A stretch of DNA of 64,000 nt from Anaeramoeba ignava BMAN. Taxonomy: Eukaryota > Protista > Anaeramoebae. The position numbers and the translations under genes are program-made. The stretch lies in contig JAPDFW010000086.1 of assembly GCA_028826165.1 (NCBI GenBank), forward strand, positions 62,001 to 126,000. The letters run 5' to 3'. A model generated the notes under the pieces. It saw nothing but the letters and a program-made list of their open reading frames with translations. It was not told where the DNA came from and made no database searches. Shown here in pieces: positions 56,319 through 64,000 of the stretch (positions are counted from its first letter, which is position 1; each line of letters opens with the position of its first letter).

Positions 56319-56732
56319 TGTTTTGCTTTTTTGTTTTTGCTTTTTGTTTTTTTTTTGCTTTTTGAAAATAAATTAAAAAATTTAATAAAAGAAAAAAATG
56401 AAAAATAAAAAAATGAAAAATTAAATAATCAAATTAAAACAATTTTTTAAATTAGAAAAAGAAAAAGAAAAAGATGAAAAAAAAAAAAAATTTGTTTTAA
56501 TTAAATTTTTGGATAGTTCAAATTTAAATAAATAAAAAGGAGAAAAAATAAAAAAAAAATAAAAAGGAGAAAAAATAATTTAATTTTTTTATTTTTTTTT
56601 CTGATTCATCTTTTTCCATTTTTTTCTTTTTTATTTTTCTTTAAAACGTTCAATCAAAATTTTTTAAAATCATTTTACCATTCAATTCATAAAACAATTT
56701 CAGCAAAAAATTCAATCCAAAGCTTAATTAAA

Positions 56733-59700
56733 ATGAGTTTTTCAAAAATTAAAGAAATTTTAAAAGAAAGAATAATGATTCTTGACGGCGCAATGGGAAC
56801 TGAAATTCAGAAGCTAAATTTAAAAGAAAAAGATTATAGAGGAGAGAGATTTTCATCTCATGAAATTGATTTGAAAGGAAACAATGATATTTTAAATTTA
56901 ATAAATCCGAAAATAATTGAAAAAATACATTTAGTAAAAAAAATATTTGTAGTTGGATTATAAGAAATAATAAATATATTCACACTCAGAAAATTTTTAT
57001 CAACACATAATTTCAAATCAGGATTATTTGGAGGCAGGGGCTGATATTATAGAAACAAACACATTTAATGCGAATGCAATTTCGCAAAAAGATTATAATT
57101 TGGAGGATTTTATATTTGAAATGAATTTTGCTGGAGGATCTGTTGCAAGAAGTGCTTTGGAAAAATTTTTAAAAATTCATCCTGAAAAAGGTCCTAAATT
57201 TATTGCAGGATCAATGGGGCCTACTTCTTCAACTACAAGTATTAATCCAACAAGTGATAATCCTATTGAAAGATCAGTTTATTTTGAAGAATTAAGTAAT
57301 ACTTATTATATTCAAGCTAAAGGTTTGTTTGATTTTGTTGATTTGTTTTTGATTGAAACTTGTACTGATGTTTTAAATGCAAAAGCTGCTGTTTTTGGGA
57401 TTCAGAAATTGTTTGAAGAGAAAGGAGAAAAGAAGCCACTTATTGTATTTAAATATTAATATGAATTTTAATTTTATAAATGAATTTTAATTATAATAAT
57501 TGAAAAAAGATTTCAGCAACAATTGTCGATCAATCAGGAAGAACATTAACTGGACAAACAATAGAAGCATTTTTCACAAGTGTTCTTCATGCAGATCTTT
57601 TAGCAGAAGGATTAAATTGTTCATTTGGATGTTACGAACTACGGAAATACATCCAAGAATTATCGCAACATTCAACAAAAAATGTGATTTGCTATCCAAA
57701 CGCAGGAATGCCAGATTCACTTGGAAATTACAATCAAAAACCAAAAGAAATGGCGGAATGCATTAAAGAATTTGCAGAAAATGGATGGGTTAATATTGTT
57801 GGAGGATGTTGCGGAACAACACCGGAACATATCAAAGAAATATCACAAATGATTCGGTCAATCCGACCCAGAAAAGTACCTGAAAAGCCAAAAATATTTC
57901 AATTATCAGGTCTTGAAAAATTATCACTTGATAAATACACAACTTTTATTAATGTTGGAGAAAGATGTAATGTTGCAGGATCAAGAATATTCCAAAAATT
58001 AATCAAAAATCAAGAGTATGAAAAAGCTATTTCTGTTGCAAGAGAACAAGTTAAAAATGGTGCTCAAATATTGGATTTGAATATGGATGATCCCTTGATT
58101 AATGCCAAAAAAGAAATGAGGGATTTTATCTTTAGAATTGCAATGGAACCTGATATTGCTAAAGTTCCTTTAATGATTGATACTTCAGATTTTCAAGTTG
58201 CTGAAGAAGCTCTTAAGGCAAATCAAGGAAGATGTATTATTAATTCTATTAGTTTGAAATCTGGTGTTGATGATTTTGTTGAGAAAGCTAAGAAAATTAA
58301 AAGATATGGAGCTGTGGTTATTGTGATGGCATTTGATGAGAAAGGGCAAGGTAGAATTCAAAATCAAAATTAAATTAAATTTAAATTAAATTAAAAATTA
58401 AATTTAAATTAAAATTAAAATTAAATTAAAATTAAATTAAAATAAAATTAAAATTAAAATTAAAATTAAAATTAAATTAAAATTAAATTCAAATCAAAAT
58501 TAAATTTAAATTAAAATTAAATTTAAATTAAATCAAAATTAAATTAAATTCAAATTAAAATTAAATTAAATTAAAATTAAATCAAAATTAAAATTAAATT
58601 AAAATTAAATCAAAATTTAAATCAAAATTAAATTCAATTCAAATTAAAATTAAAATCAAAATTGAAAAAAAAAAAGCTGTTACAACAGAAAGAAAATCGA
58701 AATTTGTAAAAGATCTTATGATATTTTAACACAAAAATGTGGATTTGATCCTGAAGAAATCATCTTTGATCCAAATGTTTTAGCAATTGGAACAGGAATT
58801 CCTGAACATAATAATTACGGAATTGCATTTATTGAATCAGTGAGATCAATCAAAAAGAATTACCAGGAGTTTTATGTTCAGGAGGAGTTTCAAATCTTTC
58901 CTTTTCATTTCGAGGAAATAACACAATCAGAGAACTGCTTCATTCAGTTTTCCTTTATCATTCAATATCTGCTGGACTTGATATGGGAATTGTTAATCCA
59001 GGTCATCTTACAATTTATAATGAAATCCCCAACTTTGAAAGAGAAATTGTTGAAAATGCAATTTTAAATAAAAATCAAGAAGCATTTGATAAACTTTTAG
59101 AATTGGCTCAAAATCAACAAATGCAATCCAAATCACAAGCAACTGAATCAGAAAGAAAACAAAAGGAAAAAGAACATTGGAAGAAATTAACCGTTTCAGA
59201 AAGAATTCAATATTCATTAATTCACGGAAGAAATGATTTAATTGAAGAACCACTTTCTTTATTTCTATCAGAAAAACCTGATCCAATGGAAGCAATTAAT
59301 GGGCCTTTAATTTCAGGAATGAATGAAGTTGGAAGACTATTTGGATCAGGACAAATGTTTTTACCCCAAGTTATTAAATCTGCACAAGTTATGAAAGCTG
59401 CTTTTAATATTGTTCTTCCTTTATTAGAAAAACAATCCAAAAATATCAATGAGATTCAATCAAAACAAAAAACTATTCTTATGGCAACAGTTAAAGGTGA
59501 TGTTCATGATATTGGAAAGAATATTGTTGGTGTAATTCTTTCCTGTAATAATTATAGAGTTATTGATTTAGGTGTTTCTGTTGATGCGCAAACAATAGTA
59601 GATAAAGCAATAGAACTTGGAGCTGATATTATTGGACTTTCTGGTTTATATTCAAATCAAATATAAATTTAAATTAAATTAAATTAAAATTAAAATTAAA

Positions 59701-61172
59701 ATTTAAATCAAATTAAATCAAATTAAAATCAAATTTAAAATTAAAATCAAATTCAATTTAAATTAAATTAAATTTAAATCAAATTAAATATAAATCAAAT
59801 CAAATTAAATTTAAATCAAATTAAATTTAAATCAAATATAAATTAAAAATTAAAATTAAATTAATCGTTTTAGGTTTAATAACTCCAAGTTTGGCAGAAA
59901 TGATAACAGTCATCCAAGAAATCACAAGAAGAAAACTAAATATTCCAGTAATAATAGGAGGAGCTGCTACTTCTAAAATTCACACAGCAGCTAAAATGGA
60001 TATCTTTTATCCAGGAAGAATATTCCATGTTGCAAATGCTACAAAAGCAATTCCAATTGTTCAAAACATTTTAAGTGAAAATAAAGAAACTCTTTTTGAA
60101 GAAAATGAAGAATATCAAAAAAAAACTAGAAATCAATTTTATTCCACTTTGTCAAACTCTTCATTGATTTCTTACAAGGAAGCAATTGAAAATCCAATGA
60201 AAACAAATTGGAATAATCTTGATTTTCAACCCAAAAAACCCAATTTGTTAGGAATCAAAATTTTTGAAGATTTCCCAATTAAAACACTTGTTGATTATAT
60301 TGATTGGGATCCGTTTTTCGGTTTTTAAATTAAAAGGAAAATTCCCCAATCGTTTTTATCCCAAAATTTTCCAAGATGAAAAAGTTGGAAAAGAAGCTAA
60401 ACAATTATACGAAGACGCAAAAGGATTACTAGAAGAAATGATAGAAAAGAAACTAGTGATTGCAAAAGGAATTTTTGGATTATTTCCTGCAAATCAAAAA
60501 GGAGATGATATTATTGTGTTTAATGATGAAAACCGCAAAGAAATTATCGGAACATTGCACGGATTAAGACAGCAATTTGTAAAGGAATTTTCAGATAGTG
60601 TTAATTTATGTATAAGCGACTTTATTGCTCCTCCTAAAGATCAAAATGGAGCCGATGATTATATTGGAATTTTCGCAGTTTCAGGTGGTTTTGGAATTGA
60701 AAAATTTATAAACGAACTAAGAAAATCAAACAAAACCTACTTGGAAATACTTGCAAAGGCTCTAACTGATAGAATAGCTGAGGCTTTTGCTGAATATCTT
60801 CATTTGGAAGTGAGAAGAAATTATTGGGGATTTGAATCCAAAAACGAACCAATTAAAATCGAAAAGTTGTTCAAGCATAAATATCAAGGAATCAGACCCG
60901 CAGCAGGTTATCCTAGCCAACCTGATCATACAGAAAAGAAAATTATCTGGGATATTTTAAATGTTGAAAAAAATATCGGTATTTCACTTACTGAGAATTT
61001 TGCAATGAATCCCCCTTCAAGTGTTTCTGGTTTAATTTTTGCTCATCCAAAATCTTCTTATTTTTCCGTTGGTAAATTGAATTTGGACCAAATTGAAAGT
61101 TATGCGAAAAGAAAAGGAATGAAAGTTGATGAAGTTAAAAAGTGGCTTGATCAAAATATTAATTTCAATTAA
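56733..61172 (+). CDS. metH: Cobalamin-dependent methionine synthase, 5 exons (56733-56933, 57022-57444, 57510-58350, 58677-59643, 59874-61172); three homopolymer frameshifts (about 58696, 58856, 60318)
   Basis: LDGAMGT, GLNC and [11 protein letters not shown] (Zn ligands), GERCNVAGS (pterin domain), [15 protein letters not shown] (B12 DxHxxG), [25 protein letters not shown] (reactivation domain). Confidence 0.95.
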
Positions 61173-61278
61173 AATCCAATTTAAAAAAATAAATAATAAA
61201 TTTCAAATTAAAAAAAAAAAAGTTTTATTTTATTTTTTCATTTTTTTATTTTTTGATCAAATTTATTTTTGAAATTCA

Positions 61279-63744
61279 ATGAAAATTTTTATACACTTAC
61301 TCAATACAACAATAATAATAAAATTAGAAGTAAATCCATCAGATAAAATTGAAAAAATAAAAGAAGAAATTGAAGATGAATTAGAAATTCTTCCAAACAA
61401 ACAAAGATTATTTTTTCAAAACAAATATTTAGACTATGGAAGAATTTTAAGTGATTACAATATTCAAAAGAATTCAACTCTTCAATTAAAACAAATATTA
61501 GGAGGAAGTCCTCCTAATTTTCATGTTTATGTTAATATTTCATCTGAGAAAATGATTCATTTTGAAATTGAAAGATATACTTTCATAAAAGATATTAAAC
61601 AAAAAATTCAAGATGAAACAAAAATTCCTTTTGAAAAACAAAGACTTTTCTTAGAATCAAAAGAATTGTTAAATGAAATTACTTTTTTTGATTATTCTTT
61701 TTATCATAATTGCGATTTAGATTCATTGATTCTTATGGATCTTGAAACTGGAGAAGATGAAAAAAATCAAGCAAATCAAAATCAAAATCAAAATCAAAAT
61801 CAAAATTATCAAAATCAAAATCAAAATCAAAATCAAAATTATCAAAATTATCAAACAAATCAAAATTATCAAAATTATCAAACAAATCAAAATTATCAAG
61901 CAAATCAAAATCAAAATTATCAAATTTATCAAAAACAAACAATTCAAGGAAAAAGATACAACAACCCTTTGGATATATTTTATGAAGTTCAAAAAAAATA
62001 TACAGTTGAAAAAGAACCAAATCATCAACCATATGAAAGAAAATCCAAATTATTTGAAAAAAAAATTGAGAAAAATGAACCAATTCATGTTTTTATTAAA
62101 ATGAAAAAACAAAATGGAGAAGAAATTACTTTCGAAATTGATATTGGTTCAATGGAAAAAATTTCAGATTTAATGGAAAAAATTGCAGAAAAAAAGAATA
62201 TTTCAATCGATAAACAAAAATTATTTTTTGAAGAATTAAGTTTAAGAAAAGAAAAAGGATTGAATGAATATGGAATTAGAGATTATTCTGAAGTTAATTT
62301 AGTTCCTGAATATAGAGGTATTTTTTTAAAAGATGAAAGAGAACAAAAATGGTTTATTGAATGTGAATTAACTGATAAAATTTCAATTATTAAATGGAAA
62401 ATGCAAGAAGAAAATGGATTCCCTTTCCCAAAAATTAGATTATTTTTTGAAAAAGAATTATTAGAAAATGATAAAACACTTTATGATTATGGAATCAAGA
62501 TTAATTCAATAATTACAATAACTTTGGGTTATATGAGAACTACACAAATTTACATTAAAATGCAACCTCAAAAATCTTTACGAGTTTTTTTATATCGATG
62601 GGATCCTATTATTGAAATTATGAAAATTATTGAAGAAAGAAAAGGAATTCCAATTCAAAAACAAGTATTACTTTATTCAGGAAATATTTTAGATCCATCA
62701 AAAAATTTGAAAAATTATGGAATTAAACCATCTCAATCAATTATTTTAGATCTTGAAGTATTGAGAATATCTCAAAATATTAAATCAATAACAGATCGAG
62801 ACATCCCAATAACAGTTAGAATTGCGTTTATTAAACCATCAGATAAGTTAACTAGTGTTTATGTGAAATCAAATGGGATTATCCAAGATTTAATGAATAT
62901 AATCGAAAAATTTGAAGGAATTTCAATTGAAAATCAAATTTTGTTTCATAAAACAACAATTTTAGAAAAAGGTGTAGAAATTAATGAGTATCAAATATTA
63001 GATGATGCAATAATTAATTTAATTCCACAATTTCCAGGAATATTTGTGAAAACATCAACAGAGAAAAAACTATTTATTCCATGTAATGAAAATGATACAA
63101 TTGAATTCATTAAACAATCAATCAAAAACAAAGAAAAAAAGAATGAAAATGAAATCAAATTAATTTATCATGGAAGACAATTAGAAAATGAAAAAAAACT
63201 TTTAGATTATGGAATAACAAGTGGATCAGTTATTTTTTGGGTTTTACCTTCAAATGAATTAGGAATAAATCTTCAAATCAATTTACCTTCACGTAATCCA
63301 CTTCAAATTCCTTTTGTTCAACCAAATAAATCTATTGTTGAAATTATGTCAGAGATTGAAAAAAGAAAAGGAGTTCCATATTATAATCAAATTTTAAGTT
63401 ATTCAGGAAAACGTTTAGAACCTTTATCAAATTTAACAAATTATGGAATTGATTTTCAAACAAATCAATCAATTATTTTAGATTTAGAAATTGTGGAAAC
63501 TACACGAAATATTCAACCTCTAAAACAAATTGTAATTTCTTCTATTGAAAATCCATATAAATTTATTGAAATGAAAATTGCATTAAATGAAACTGTTTAT
63601 GATTTAATGGAAAGAATTAAAAAAACTGGAAACATTGAAAAGTTTCAAACTTTGATTTTTAAATCAAAAGAATTATTTTCAAACCGAAAACTTTATGATT
63701 ATGGAATAAAAGATGGTTCAATAATTTATTTCATAAATTATTAA
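61279..63744 (+). CDS. Protein of nine tandem divergent ubiquitin-like domains, intronless
   Basis: Nine roughly 75-aa units with I..IK..I....GIP...Q.L.(F/Y).G..L....L..Y.I...S.I.L pattern; Q/N/Y linker after unit 2. Confidence 0.88.
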   Translation: MKIFIHLLNTTIIIKLEVNPSDKIEKIKEEIEDELEILPNKQRLFFQNKYLDYGRILSDYNIQKNSTLQLKQILGGSPPNFHVYVNISSEKMIHFEIERYTFIKDIKQKIQDETKIPFEKQRLFLESKELLNEITFFDYSFYHNCDLDSLILMDLETGEDEKNQANQNQNQNQNQNYQNQNQNQNQNYQNYQTNQNYQNYQTNQNYQANQNQNYQIYQKQTIQGKRYNNPLDIFYEVQKKYTVEKEPNHQPYERKSKLFEKKIEKNEPIHVFIKMKKQNGEEITFEIDIGSMEKISDLMEKIAEKKNISIDKQKLFFEELSLRKEKGLNEYGIRDYSEVNLVPEYRGIFLKDEREQKWFIECELTDKISIIKWKMQEENGFPFPKIRLFFEKELLENDKTLYDYGIKINSIITITLGYMRTTQIYIKMQPQKSLRVFLYRWDPIIEIMKIIEERKGIPIQKQVLLYSGNILDPSKNLKNYGIKPSQSIILDLEVLRISQNIKSITDRDIPITVRIAFIKPSDKLTSVYVKSNGIIQDLMNIIEKFEGISIENQILFHKTTILEKGVEINEYQILDDAIINLIPQFPGIFVKTSTEKKLFIPCNENDTIEFIKQSIKNKEKKNENEIKLIYHGRQLENEKKLLDYGITSGSVIFWVLPSNELGINLQINLPSRNPLQIPFVQPNKSIVEIMSEIEKRKGVPYYNQILSYSGKRLEPLSNLTNYGIDFQTNQSIILDLEIVETTRNIQPLKQIVISSIENPYKFIEMKIALNETVYDLMERIKKTGNIEKFQTLIFKSKELFSNRKLYDYGIKDGSIIYFINY

Positions 63745-63903
63745 ATCAAAATCAAAATCCAATTTAAAATCAAAATCCAATTTAAAATTAAAATTAAATT
63801 TAAAAAATCAAAATCAAAAATCAAAAATCAAAATCAAAATCAAAATCAAAATCAAAATCAAAATCAAAATCAATATCAATATCAAAATCAAAATCAAAAT
63901 CAA
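63745..63903. repeat. (AAAATC)n intergenic microsatellite
   Basis: Direct. Confidence 0.8.
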
Positions 63904-64000
63904 TTTTTCTTTTCTTTTCTTTTCTTTTCTTTTTCAAAAATAAACATTTTGGTCGGATTTCTGATAATGATTTTCAGTTTCAATAAAAGAATCAAAAAGT

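Noticed and set aside
58690-60325. MetH frameshifts as pseudogenisation or programmed frameshifting
   Set aside because: All three are 1-2 nt losses in A or T runs with catalytic motifs intact; this is typical of long-read consensus error and also seen in ARMH3.

Overview
Very AT-rich, gene-dense, intron-containing nuclear DNA from a microbial eukaryote, read with the standard genetic code. The content (class II ribonucleotide reductase plus MetH, an ankyrin-BTB expansion, TCATTTT initiator-like motifs, QN microsatellites) suggests an anaerobic metamonad such as Anaeramoeba, but that assignment is inference only. I reconstructed about 23 genes by hand: TMEM214-like, Ras, ARMH3-like, GPAA1, a macro-domain protein, PP4R3, a divergent beta-tubulin, a Rab5/22-like GTPase, PRKRIP1, a CGRRF1-like RING E3, a P4-ATPase, NXF1-like, class II RNR, SPFH/stomatin, MetH, a nine-domain ubiquitin-like protein, and seven intronless ankyrin-BTB-BTB paralogues plus one deleted remnant. 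Most other ORF-track entries are shadows of hexamer or 12-mer repeats. Many frameshifts lie in homopolymers or at paralogue-polymorphic sites and are probably consensus errors. Main leads: (1) an ORF-less, apparently structured locus at about 6170-6980 with a CTAAACCCT telomerase-template-like 9-mer inside long-range helices, followed by a pseudoknot-compatible segment (candidate telomerase RNA); (2) the ankyrin-BTB array, with a hypervariable cassette between near-identical flanks; (3) atypical splice signals (1 of 35 donors has +5G, 12 of 34 acceptors are AAG); (4) two cobalamin-dependent genes within 3 kb; (5) a poly-UBL protein whose first domain is exactly 76 aa and ends in GG.
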